This document shows positions 51,883 through 60,096 of a stretch of DNA of 64,000 nucleotides, piece by piece. How positions within the stretch are numbered: the stretch's first letter is position 1; every line of letters begins with the position of its first letter. Under the pieces are notes generated by a model that worked only from the letters and a program-made list of their open reading frames with translations, did no database searches and was not told the DNA's origin. The stretch is from an uncultured Pseudomonadota bacterium (GTDB lineage Bacteria > Vulcanimicrobiota > Vulcanimicrobiia > Eremiobacterales > Eremiobacteraceae): the NCBI GenBank assembly GCA_963736005.1, contig CAVTNB010000001.1:1824001-1888000 (forward strand), read 5' to 3'. Made by a program: the position numbers and the translations under genes.

Positions 51883-53060
51883 GCGAAGCGCCCGAAGTCC
51901 CGCAACGTCCGCTTCGCACGTTCTACGTTTTCGCCTTCGCTCTCATTGTCTATCTTGTGTCCACCGGATTCAAGAACACGGTGTACAACAATCACGTGCT
52001 GCTCGCCGACGCGTTTCTCCATGGGCGAGTGTGGATCGACAGCCAACCGGCCGGAATCGATGCGATCTTCTACAATCAGCACTGGTACATCATCGAAGGA
52101 CCGTTGCCCGCCATCCTCTTGCTGCCGTTGGTCGCCATCTTCGGTTTGCAGACCAACCAGGTCGTGGTGGCGGCCATCTGCGCCGCGATTGCCGTTGCAA
52201 CCGCGGACGTGTTGTTCGGCCGGATGGATATTCGCGATCCGCTGCGCACGTGGCTCACCGCCTTTTGCGGATTCGGCACGGTGCTCTGGTGGTCAACGGC
52301 GTTCGCGGCGGTGTGGATGTTTGCGCACGTGGTCGCCGTGATGTTTGCGCTGCTCGCAATCGCTGAGTGTTACGGTCGGGGACGGCCGGCGCTGGTTGGC
52401 TTGCTGATCGCGTGCGCGGCGCTGACCCGCTTCCCGATGATCCTGTCGGCGATTCCCATCAGCTATTGGTTGTTTGCAAAGCACGACTACGACGTCAGGG
52501 TGATTCGCACGTTTTTACTCGGCTTGCTGCCGCTCTTCGTCCTCTACGTGGGGTACAATTATCTCCGTTGGGGGACGCCCGGAGACATCGGGTATACGAT
52601 CTGGTATCACCAAGACCAGGTGGGAGAGCCAACCGGACCACCCTTCAAACTTGAGTACCTGCCGTTTAATCTCTACAGCTTTTTCCTCATGCCGTTTCAG
52701 TTCGAAACCGGCTTTCCGTGGCTCAAACCAACCTCGATGGGCGTTGCGCTCACCTTCACGAGCCCAGCGCTCGCGCTGGCTTTTCTCGCAAACGCGAAGA
52801 CAAGAGAATCCATCGTGTGGTGGGTGGCAACCATCCTGACCGCACTTCCATCATTGCTCTACTATGTCAATGGCTTCGAGCAGTTTGGCATGCGGCACAG
52901 TCTGGATTTCATGCCCTTTGCGCTGCCGCTGGTGGCTCGAGGATTGCAGCGCTATCCAACGACGTTCTCGTTCGCTCTCATTGCGATTTCCATCGCAGTC
53001 AACGCATATGGCGTATGGTACTCGTGGGCGCTCCACGGCTTTACCGTTGTGCCTCGTTAG
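51879..53060 (+). CDS. Polytopic membrane protein, possibly a GT-C-fold glycosyltransferase
   Basis: ~10 TM segments; LADAFLHG loop; QFGMRHSLDF. Confidence 0.65.
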   Translation: MSEAPEVPQRPLRTFYVFAFALIVYLVSTGFKNTVYNNHVLLADAFLHGRVWIDSQPAGIDAIFYNQHWYIIEGPLPAILLLPLVAIFGLQTNQVVVAAICAAIAVATADVLFGRMDIRDPLRTWLTAFCGFGTVLWWSTAFAAVWMFAHVVAVMFALLAIAECYGRGRPALVGLLIACAALTRFPMILSAIPISYWLFAKHDYDVRVIRTFLLGLLPLFVLYVGYNYLRWGTPGDIGYTIWYHQDQVGEPTGPPFKLEYLPFNLYSFFLMPFQFETGFPWLKPTSMGVALTFTSPALALAFLANAKTRESIVWWVATILTALPSLLYYVNGFEQFGMRHSLDFMPFALPLVARGLQRYPTTFSFALIAISIAVNAYGVWYSWALHGFTVVPR

Positions 53061-53076
53061 TGTGATGGAAGTGCGG

Positions 53077-53102
53077 AGCGGACTCGGGAGGTCCGCTGCT
53101 CC
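53077..53102 (-). repeat. REP-like palindrome (family B)
   Basis: AGCGGACTCGGGAGGTCCGCTGCTCC, near-identical to the 27477 copy. Confidence 0.7.
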
Positions 53103-53176
53103 AATCACGTTAAGACTGCTTAATGTAAGGAGCGTCGGAAAGGTGTGAGAGCAGCGCCCCGAAGAACGCGCGAAGC

Positions 53177-53884
53177 ATGACCGAACTGCGGCCCGCTCGG
53201 CTGCCGAAGATTCTGGTTGTCGACGATGAGGCCACGATTCTGCAAACCTTACGCTTCAATTTGGAGCGCAACGGCTACGCCGTGTGCACGGCGGGTGACG
53301 GCCGTCAAGCGCTCAGCGTTGTCGAAACCGAAAAGCCCGATCTCGTCCTGCTCGATATCATGTTGCCCGTGCTTGATGGGATAGAGGTCTGCCGCGAGAT
53401 CCGCCGCCGCTCGAGCGTGCCCGTGCTCATGCTGACGGCAAAAGATCAAGAGATCGACAAGGTGCTCGGATTGGAAATTGGAGCGGACGATTACATCACC
53501 AAACCGTTTTCCATTTACGAGCTGCTGGCGCGAGTCAAAGCGCACTTACGGCGTCTCGCGCAGCCGAACACGCAGGCCCCCAGTGCCGTGCTGCGCGGCG
53601 GCCCGCTCGAGCTTGAATTCGATCGCCAGCGCGTGACCAAAGCCGGCAAGACCATCGATCTCGCCCCAAAAGAATTTGGTTTGTTGCACGTCTTGCTGCA
53701 AAATAAAGGACGAGTGGTCACTCGACAGGTGCTGCTAGATCGCGTCTGGGGCTTTGACTTTTACGGCGATCAGCAAACCGTCAACGTTCATATCCGCTGG
53801 CTGCGCGAAAAAATCGAAGATGATCCAAACGACCCCAAGCACATCATCACCGTGCGCAGCCGGGGCTATCTGTTTCGCGACTAG
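53177..53884 (+). CDS. phoB: OmpR/PhoB-family response regulator (PhoB/PhoP)
   Basis: VVDDE, LLDIMLP, GADDYITKPF, winged helix; sits in the pho/pst locus. Confidence 0.88.
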   Translation: MTELRPARLPKILVVDDEATILQTLRFNLERNGYAVCTAGDGRQALSVVETEKPDLVLLDIMLPVLDGIEVCREIRRRSSVPVLMLTAKDQEIDKVLGLEIGADDYITKPFSIYELLARVKAHLRRLAQPNTQAPSAVLRGGPLELEFDRQRVTKAGKTIDLAPKEFGLLHVLLQNKGRVVTRQVLLDRVWGFDFYGDQQTVNVHIRWLREKIEDDPNDPKHIITVRSRGYLFRD

Positions 53885-53898
53885 GCCACGAGCGGTTT

Positions 53899-55128
53899 TT
53901 GGCGGTACGAATCTTTCTGGGCGCAGCCCTCATCACCATCATCGTCGCGGTCTTTTTGACTGCCTCGCAAGGCCCCGCGCTCCGCGATACGGTCCTCGTT
54001 GTCGCCGTTGTGATCGCGCTTGTGCTGGCAGTCTTCTTAGCTCCGGTCTTGCAGCGGCCGCTTGCAGACCGTCCATCGGAGGCAATGGCGGCGCCGCCGA
54101 CCGGACCCAGCCTCGATCACATTCTCGACGCCCTTCCGGCAGGCGTTATTACCATCGCAGCGGATGGAAGAATCGTCGTCTTCAACGCAGCGGCGGGAGA
54201 GATGTTCGGTGTGGTTGCGGATCGCGCCAGCGGACGCACTTTGATCGAAATCGTGCGCAATTCGGAACTCGATCGGCGCGTCAGCGCGACATTGCGAGAC
54301 GGAACGACTGAGACGATCGAGCTGACGCACGTCGGCGCTGTGGAGCGCCGGCTGCAAGTCATGACGCGTCCCCTCAATGGCGACCTCAAGCCAGGTGTTT
54401 TGGTCATCGTGACGGACCAAACGCGGATGCGCGAGTTAGAGGCCCTGCGCCGCGAATTTGTCTCCAACGTTTCGCACGAACTGCGTACGCCTCTTACCTC
54501 GGTCAAACTCATGGTCGAAACGCTGCAAAGCGGAGTCGATCTTCTGGCGCAAGAGCAATTTCTAGCAAACATTGGCGCTGAGACCGATCGTATGATTGTC
54601 CTCGTGGAGGACTTGTTGGATCTCGCGCGCCTGGAAAGCCGAAAGCTCGAGCTGCGGCTGAGCACGGTTGACGTGAGCGAGCTCGGCCGGCAAGCGGTTG
54701 CGGCGCAACGTCCGCGGGCGACGGCAGCGCAGATCAATTTGGTCTTTTCGGCTCCGCAAACCTCGCTCCCGATCCTAGCGGATCGAGACAAGCTCTACCA
54801 AGTGCTCACCAATCTGCTCGACAATGCGTTGCGCCACACTCCGGCGCAGGGCAACGTCACCTTAACGGTGGCTGCCCACGATGGAGAGATCACAATCGAG
54901 GTCGCTGATACCGGTTCGGGCATCGCATCGAGCGCACTGCCGCATATCTTCGAACGGTTTTATGTCGTGGACCCGGCTCGGGCCCGCGGTCATTCGGGAA
55001 CGGGTTTGGGTCTTGCGATCGTGAAACACATCATAGAGGCCCACGGTGGCACCATCGCAGCGGAAAGCGAACTGGGTGCGGGCTCAATCTTTCGCTGTAC
55101 GCTGCCCGTGGGTTTACAAACAAGCTAA
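53899..55128 (+). CDS. phoR: Phosphate regulon sensor histidine kinase
   Basis: Two TM, PAS, FVSNVSHELRTPL, NLLDNA, FERFY, GTGLGLAI. Confidence 0.88.
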   Translation: MAVRIFLGAALITIIVAVFLTASQGPALRDTVLVVAVVIALVLAVFLAPVLQRPLADRPSEAMAAPPTGPSLDHILDALPAGVITIAADGRIVVFNAAAGEMFGVVADRASGRTLIEIVRNSELDRRVSATLRDGTTETIELTHVGAVERRLQVMTRPLNGDLKPGVLVIVTDQTRMRELEALRREFVSNVSHELRTPLTSVKLMVETLQSGVDLLAQEQFLANIGAETDRMIVLVEDLLDLARLESRKLELRLSTVDVSELGRQAVAAQRPRATAAQINLVFSAPQTSLPILADRDKLYQVLTNLLDNALRHTPAQGNVTLTVAAHDGEITIEVADTGSGIASSALPHIFERFYVVDPARARGHSGTGLGLAIVKHIIEAHGGTIAAESELGAGSIFRCTLPVGLQTS

Positions 55129-55141
55129 GCGGTCCTATAAT
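55113..55141 (+). promoter_or_regulatory. Sigma70 promoter for phoU
   Basis: TTTACA-17 bp-TATAAT. Confidence 0.65.
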
Positions 55142-55156
55142 GCAATGGAATACTGT

Positions 55157-55182
55157 GTAGCAGCGGACCTTTAGGGTCCGCT
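55157..55182 (+). repeat. REP-like palindrome (family B) in the phoU leader
   Basis: GTAGCAGCGGACCTTTAGGGTCCGCT. Confidence 0.8.
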
Positions 55183-55200
55183 CACGAGGTACCGCCAACT

Positions 55201-55944
55201 TTGGGTCGTGAGAACTTTCATCGGATCCTGGACGAAACGCAGCAAAACGTTCTGCGCATGGGCAGTTTGGTTGAAGAAGCGATCACCAAAGCGGTGGACG
55301 CATTGTCGCGCAGCGACGTCAAGCTTGCCGATGAGATCTTACGGGCCGACGATTACATTGACGACCTCAATGTTCTGATCGAGACGAACTGCCTGAATCT
55401 GCTGGCTTTGCAGCAGCCCATGGCGAGCGACTTGCGCACCATCGCGGCCATGCTCGACATCATCATCGACCTCGAGCGGATCGGCGACCACGCCTGCGAC
55501 ATTGCCCAGATCACCAAGAACCTTGCCAACGAACCGCAGCTCAAACCGCCCATCGACATTCCCCTGATGGCGGCAAAGGCCCGCGAAATGCTGCGGGAAT
55601 CCCTCGACGCGTTTTCCCATCACGACGCCGAGATGGCCCATGCCGTGCCGCAAAAGGACGACGAGGTCGACCGCCTCTATCGCAAAGTGTTCGCCGAGCT
55701 CATCCAGTTCATGACGAAGGACGCCAAGGCGATTGGCCGCGCCAGCAATCTGCTTTTAGTGGCATTGTATCTCGAGCGCATTGCCGACCACGCAACAAAC
55801 ATCTGCGAGCGCGTCGTTTACATGGTGGAGGGAGTGCCAAGAAAGCTCAAGCGGTCGGTTGTGGAGTTTGACCAGGTGCTCGCCCACAGCGATGAAATCA
55901 TGCAGTCGAGTCCAGGTTCAGTGGACCAACCAGCGGGAGGTTAG
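55201..55944 (+). CDS. phoU: Phosphate signalling protein PhoU
   Basis: QQPMASDLR, LERIGDHA, LERIADHATNI. Confidence 0.96.
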   Translation: MGRENFHRILDETQQNVLRMGSLVEEAITKAVDALSRSDVKLADEILRADDYIDDLNVLIETNCLNLLALQQPMASDLRTIAAMLDIIIDLERIGDHACDIAQITKNLANEPQLKPPIDIPLMAAKAREMLRESLDAFSHHDAEMAHAVPQKDDEVDRLYRKVFAELIQFMTKDAKAIGRASNLLLVALYLERIADHATNICERVVYMVEGVPRKLKRSVVEFDQVLAHSDEIMQSSPGSVDQPAGG

Positions 55945-55951
55945 GTGAGGT

Positions 55952-56005
55952 CTTAACCTTGCTTAACATGCCCTTAACCTACGCTTGACATCCCTCCGTT
56001 ATCGT
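55952..56005 (+). promoter_or_regulatory. Pho-box promoter of pstS
   Basis: CTTAAC x3 plus CTTGAC; TT-AA/GA cores at 55953/55963/55974/55985; TATCGT at 56000. Confidence 0.75.
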
Positions 56006-56080
56006 CGTATTGAGCGTCGTAGAGCATGGCTCCCCTCGGGCCGCCTCTAGTCGGCGTTGCCTCACCGACAGGAGCAAACA

Positions 56081-57115
56081 GTGAATCGTCAACGTTTCTT
56101 ATCGTGGTTCTCAATCTTCGGCCTGCTTATGTTCGCAGCGGTCGGCATTGCCTCGGCCGATCAGCAAATCACGGGCGCAGGTTCGTCGTTTGACAACCCG
56201 TTCTTCCAGCGAGCGTTTTACGAGTACAGCAAAAACAACAGCGGCGTGCAGGTCAACTATCAAAGTATTGGGTCCGGCGGCGGCATCCAACAGTTTACCG
56301 CCAAGACGGTTGACTTTGGCGCTTCGGACGTGCCGCTCCAACCAGCGGAGATGAAAGCGGCTCAAGCATCCAATGGTGACGTCGTCCAGGTTCCCGTCAC
56401 CTTGGGCGGCGTGGTGGTCGCGTACAACGTGCCAAACGTTAACAATCTGAAACTAACCCCCGACGTGCTCGCCGACATCATGCTCGGCAACATCACGAAT
56501 TGGAACGACCCGCGCATCGGCCGCTTGAACCCTGGCGTCACATTTCCGAACCTTCCGATCCTCGTCGTCCATCGCGCGGATGGCAGCGGCACGACGTATA
56601 TTTTCACCGACTATCTGAGCAAGGTAAGCGCCGACTGGAAAAACAAGGTCGGCAACGCAAAGGTGGTCAGCTGGCCAGCGGCGTCGTCGGTTGGAGTCAA
56701 AGGCAACGAGGGAGTCGCTGGGCAAATTAGCAACACTCCCGGCGCGATTGGGTACGTCGAGCTCGCGTATGCGCTTGATAGCAAAATCTCATACGCGGCG
56801 ATCCGCAACAGCGCAGGCCAGTTTGTCGTTCCGACCGTCGATACCGTCCGAAACGCGGCTGCGCACAAACCGAGCGTGAGCCCGCAAGACTTCTCGATCG
56901 TCAACATGCCAGGGGCGGACAGCTATCCGATCTGCGGCTATTCCTGGGTGATGTTGTGGAAGAACCAGTCCGACGCGGCCAAGGGACAAACGCTCGTCAG
57001 TCTCTTCCGATGGCTGGTGACAGATGGACAGGCATTGGCAGTCCGGGTTCGCTACGTCAGTCTGCCGGCGAACGTGCAGGCGGAGGCAACGAAGGCGCTG
57101 GCCAGCATCCACTAG
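56081..57115 (+). CDS. pstS: Phosphate ABC transporter substrate-binding protein
   Basis: GAGSSF, YQSIGSGGG, DFGASD, RADGSGTT, YPI. Confidence 0.97.
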   Translation: MNRQRFLSWFSIFGLLMFAAVGIASADQQITGAGSSFDNPFFQRAFYEYSKNNSGVQVNYQSIGSGGGIQQFTAKTVDFGASDVPLQPAEMKAAQASNGDVVQVPVTLGGVVVAYNVPNVNNLKLTPDVLADIMLGNITNWNDPRIGRLNPGVTFPNLPILVVHRADGSGTTYIFTDYLSKVSADWKNKVGNAKVVSWPAASSVGVKGNEGVAGQISNTPGAIGYVELAYALDSKISYAAIRNSAGQFVVPTVDTVRNAAAHKPSVSPQDFSIVNMPGADSYPICGYSWVMLWKNQSDAAKGQTLVSLFRWLVTDGQALAVRVRYVSLPANVQAEATKALASIH

Positions 57116-57145
57116 TACATCCACCGGTTCCAAGACCTAAGTTCG

Positions 57146-57193
57146 GGAAGGCGGTGCGGCCCTGGCTAACAAACCAGCGCATCGCCTTCCTTT
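57146..57193 (+). terminator. Stem-loop between pstS and pstC (partial terminator or mRNA stabiliser)
   Basis: GGAAGGCGGTGCG...CGCATCGCCTTCC followed by TTT. Confidence 0.6.
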
Positions 57194-57223
57194 GATACAA
57201 GAGATGACGGACGGTCAAGATCG

Positions 57224-58210
57224 ATGACCCAGAATGGCGCCGACGTTGTGCGTGTACCAGCGGTTACGACGCCGGCGCGTTTGCGTTCGTCCTCAAACCC
57301 CATCGGCGATCGTATCGTGATTGGCGCCTTCTCGGTAAGCGCATGGCTCGTGCTGCTCATGGTCGTCTGGTTATTTGTCACGCTGCTGATTGCAGCGTGG
57401 CCTGGCATCAAGACGGTGGGCATCCACGCGTTTCAAAGCGCTACCTGGGATCCGACGGGCCGTCGATACGGGCTCCTCTCCTTCATTTACGGCACTGCGG
57501 TCACGTCTGCAATCGCGCTCGTGTTGGCTGGGCCAGTCGGCATCGGCGCAGCCCTCCTTTTGGCGGAGATCGCGCCGCGCAGGTTGGCGACACCGGTTGC
57601 CATGCTCATCGAGCTGCTAGCGGCGGTTCCGAGCGTGGTCTTCGGCATTTGGGGTCTCTTTGTGCTCGCACCCGTGATGCGGACCGTGGTCGAACCGGCC
57701 CTCGCGCGCACGCTTGGCTTTCTTCCCCTATTCCAAGGCTACTTTTACGGCGTGGGCATGCTGACCGCAGGCATTTTGCTCGCCATCATGGTGCTCCCAA
57801 CCGTGTCGGCCATCTCTCGCGATATCTTCGAGGCCGTGCCGCGCGACCAACGCGAAGCCATGTACGCGCTGGGAGCCACCAAATGGGAAGTACTAACCCG
57901 CGCGGTCATCCCCTATGCGCGCCCGGGTATTATTGGAGCCCTCGTTCTCGCTCTCGGCCGCGCGATGGGCGAGGCGATGGCCGTGGTGATGGTCATTGGC
58001 AACAAGCCGGCAATTTCGATGTCGCTTTTTTCTCCCGCGTACACGCTGGCCTCCGTTCTGGCCAATGAATTCAGCGAGGCGACGGGGCAAGAATACGTTT
58101 CCGTGCTCGTCGGCATCGGGTCGATGCTCTTCATCGTTAGTATGATCGTCAACGTGTTCGCGCGACTGTTGGTGCGCGGCGTGCGCGGGCCAAAGGGTAC
58201 GCGGGCCTGA
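57224..58210 (+). CDS. pstC: Phosphate ABC transporter permease PstC
   Basis: ELLAAVPSVVFG, ALGATKWE, LGRAMGE. Confidence 0.96.
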   Translation: MTQNGADVVRVPAVTTPARLRSSSNPIGDRIVIGAFSVSAWLVLLMVVWLFVTLLIAAWPGIKTVGIHAFQSATWDPTGRRYGLLSFIYGTAVTSAIALVLAGPVGIGAALLLAEIAPRRLATPVAMLIELLAAVPSVVFGIWGLFVLAPVMRTVVEPALARTLGFLPLFQGYFYGVGMLTAGILLAIMVLPTVSAISRDIFEAVPRDQREAMYALGATKWEVLTRAVIPYARPGIIGALVLALGRAMGEAMAVVMVIGNKPAISMSLFSPAYTLASVLANEFSEATGQEYVSVLVGIGSMLFIVSMIVNVFARLLVRGVRGPKGTRA

Positions 58211-59046
58211 TGTCGCTCTTCGTCCGGCAAGCTTGGAACGCAATCATGCTTGTCGTGGCATGGTTATGCGCTGGAGTAGCCGCCGCGTTGCTCGCGCTGA
58301 TCGTGATCTATGTTATTCAACGCGGTGGACCGGCGCTCAACGTACAGTTCTTCACGCATCTTCCGACCCCGGTTGGGATCCCAGGCGGCGGCGTCGCCAA
58401 TGCTGCTGTCGGGTCGCTCATGATCATCGCGATGTCTTCGGCGATCGCGATCCCGATTGGAGTCCTGGCCGGGATTTATCTGGCGCTGCTCGGGCGCGGC
58501 TGGTTGGCGCAAGCCGTGCGATTCCTCAGCGACGTCTTGACTGGCGTGCCCTCGATTGCCATCGGGTTGTTTGCCTATACCATCATCGTTGTACCCCAGC
58601 GCCATTTCTCCGCGATCTCTGCCGCGGTCGCGCTCGCCGTCATCATGTTGCCCATTGTCGTGCGCACCACGGAGGAGGCCGTCCGACTTGTGAACCCGGC
58701 AATTCGAGAGGGCGCCCTTGCCCTCGGGATGGAGGCGTGGAAGGCGATCGTGCTGGTCACCGTACCCTGTGCGCGCGCCGGCATCGTGACGGGTTCACTT
58801 CTCGGGATCGCACGCGTTGCCGGTGAGTCGGCACCGCTGCTGTTTACCGCTTTTGGCAGTCAGTTCTGGAGTTTGAATCCCAACGGACCAACGGCTGCGC
58901 TGCCGCTACTCGTCTTTCAATATGCCATCGCGCCGTACAAAGATTGGCAGCTCGCGGCCTGGGGTGGCGCGTTGACGCTGATTCTCCTTGTTTTTGTGCT
59001 CAACATTACCGCCCGGATTATTTTCCCGGCACGGCTGCCACGATGA
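58210..59046 (+). CDS. pstA: Phosphate ABC transporter permease PstA
   Basis: [26 protein letters not shown]. Confidence 0.96.
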   Translation: MSLFVRQAWNAIMLVVAWLCAGVAAALLALIVIYVIQRGGPALNVQFFTHLPTPVGIPGGGVANAAVGSLMIIAMSSAIAIPIGVLAGIYLALLGRGWLAQAVRFLSDVLTGVPSIAIGLFAYTIIVVPQRHFSAISAAVALAVIMLPIVVRTTEEAVRLVNPAIREGALALGMEAWKAIVLVTVPCARAGIVTGSLLGIARVAGESAPLLFTAFGSQFWSLNPNGPTAALPLLVFQYAIAPYKDWQLAAWGGALTLILLVFVLNITARIIFPARLPR

Positions 59047-59840
59047 GCAACGCAACCGAAGCGGCAGAGAAATCTCTCTATACCAAAAATCTCAGCGCCT
59101 GGTATGGCACGCACCTTGCCGTCCGGGGCGTCTCAATGGATTTTCGGCCTGGTCAGATCACGGCGCTCATCGGCCCATCCGGATGCGGCAAGTCGACACT
59201 GCTCCGCTGTCTCAATCGCATGCACGAGATCATTCCTGGAACGCGGGTCGAGGGCGAAGTTTGCCTGGATGGTCAAAACCTTTACGAGCCGGGGGTCAAT
59301 CCGACCGCCATGCGGCAGCGCATCGGCATGGTCTTTCAACGGCCCAACCCATTTCCAACGATGTCGATCCTCGAGAACGTGCTCGCGGGCGTGCGCTTGA
59401 CGAATATGACGAGAAACCGTGGCGTCCTCGCCGAGCTTGCCGAACACAGCCTTCGGAAGGCCGCGCTTTGGAACGAAGTCAAGGATAAGCTGCATGACTC
59501 CGGCGCGTCACTCTCCGGCGGTCAGCAGCAGCGGCTGTGCATCGCGCGCGCGCTCGCCGTCGAACCGGAGGTGCTGCTGATGGACGAGCCGGCATCTGCG
59601 CTCGATCCCATTTCAACGACCAAGATCGAAGACTTAATGCGTGAGCTCAAAGGCGCGTACACGTTCATCATCGTCACGCACAACATGCAGCAAGCGGCGC
59701 GTGTGTCGGACTTCACCGGATTTTTGCTCGCAGGCGAAAATGAACCCGGTCAGCTTATCGAGTTTGACGTGTCCTCAAAGATCTTCACGACCCCAAAAGA
59801 TAAGCGGACCGAAGACTACATCACTGGCCGTTTCGGCTAG
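59043..59840 (+). CDS. pstB: Phosphate ABC transporter ATP-binding protein
   Basis: [31 protein letters not shown]. Confidence 0.97.
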   Translation: MSNATEAAEKSLYTKNLSAWYGTHLAVRGVSMDFRPGQITALIGPSGCGKSTLLRCLNRMHEIIPGTRVEGEVCLDGQNLYEPGVNPTAMRQRIGMVFQRPNPFPTMSILENVLAGVRLTNMTRNRGVLAELAEHSLRKAALWNEVKDKLHDSGASLSGGQQQRLCIARALAVEPEVLLMDEPASALDPISTTKIEDLMRELKGAYTFIIVTHNMQQAARVSDFTGFLLAGENEPGQLIEFDVSSKIFTTPKDKRTEDYITGRFG

Positions 59841-59872
59841 ATAACGTGACCTTAACGTCGCCTCTGTAGAAT
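59841..59872 (+). promoter_or_regulatory. Pho-box-type promoter immediately after pstB
   Basis: ATAACG (59841) and TTAACG (59852), 11 bp apart; TAGAAT at 59867. Confidence 0.6.
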
Positions 59873-59878
59873 AGATGC

Positions 59879-59972
59879 CGGGCGGAATCGCTTCCGTCTT
59901 AGAACGCTCAATCGGACTCCTAGCGCAACTCCCGATAGAGGCCGCACCGACACGCCGGTGCGGCCTCTTCTC
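59879..59972 (+). ncRNA. Candidate Pho-regulated small RNA
   Basis: Own promoter; three hairpins; ends in a 13-bp perfect GC-rich stem (59937-59968). Confidence 0.45.
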
Positions 59973-59981
59973 ATGCAAAAC

Positions 59982-60036
59982 ATTAAGCCATTCTTAACTC
60001 ATACATTATGCATCGTTAATCCAACGACGGTAATCT
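59982..60036 (+). promoter_or_regulatory. Pho-box-type promoter of the TonB-dependent receptor
   Basis: TTAA at 59983, 59994 and 60016 (11-bp phase); TAATCT at 60031. Confidence 0.65.
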
Positions 60037-60096
60037 AAAACGGCAGACTTTATAAGACCCTGTTGGGCTCGTTGTCGCGTTGGGAGTGAAAAAAAC

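Noticed and set aside
59875..59997. 40-codon ORF MPGGIASVLERS...
   Set aside because: No RBS, the ATG lies only 2 nt after the -10 (upstream of the expected TSS), and it runs through the strong hairpin.
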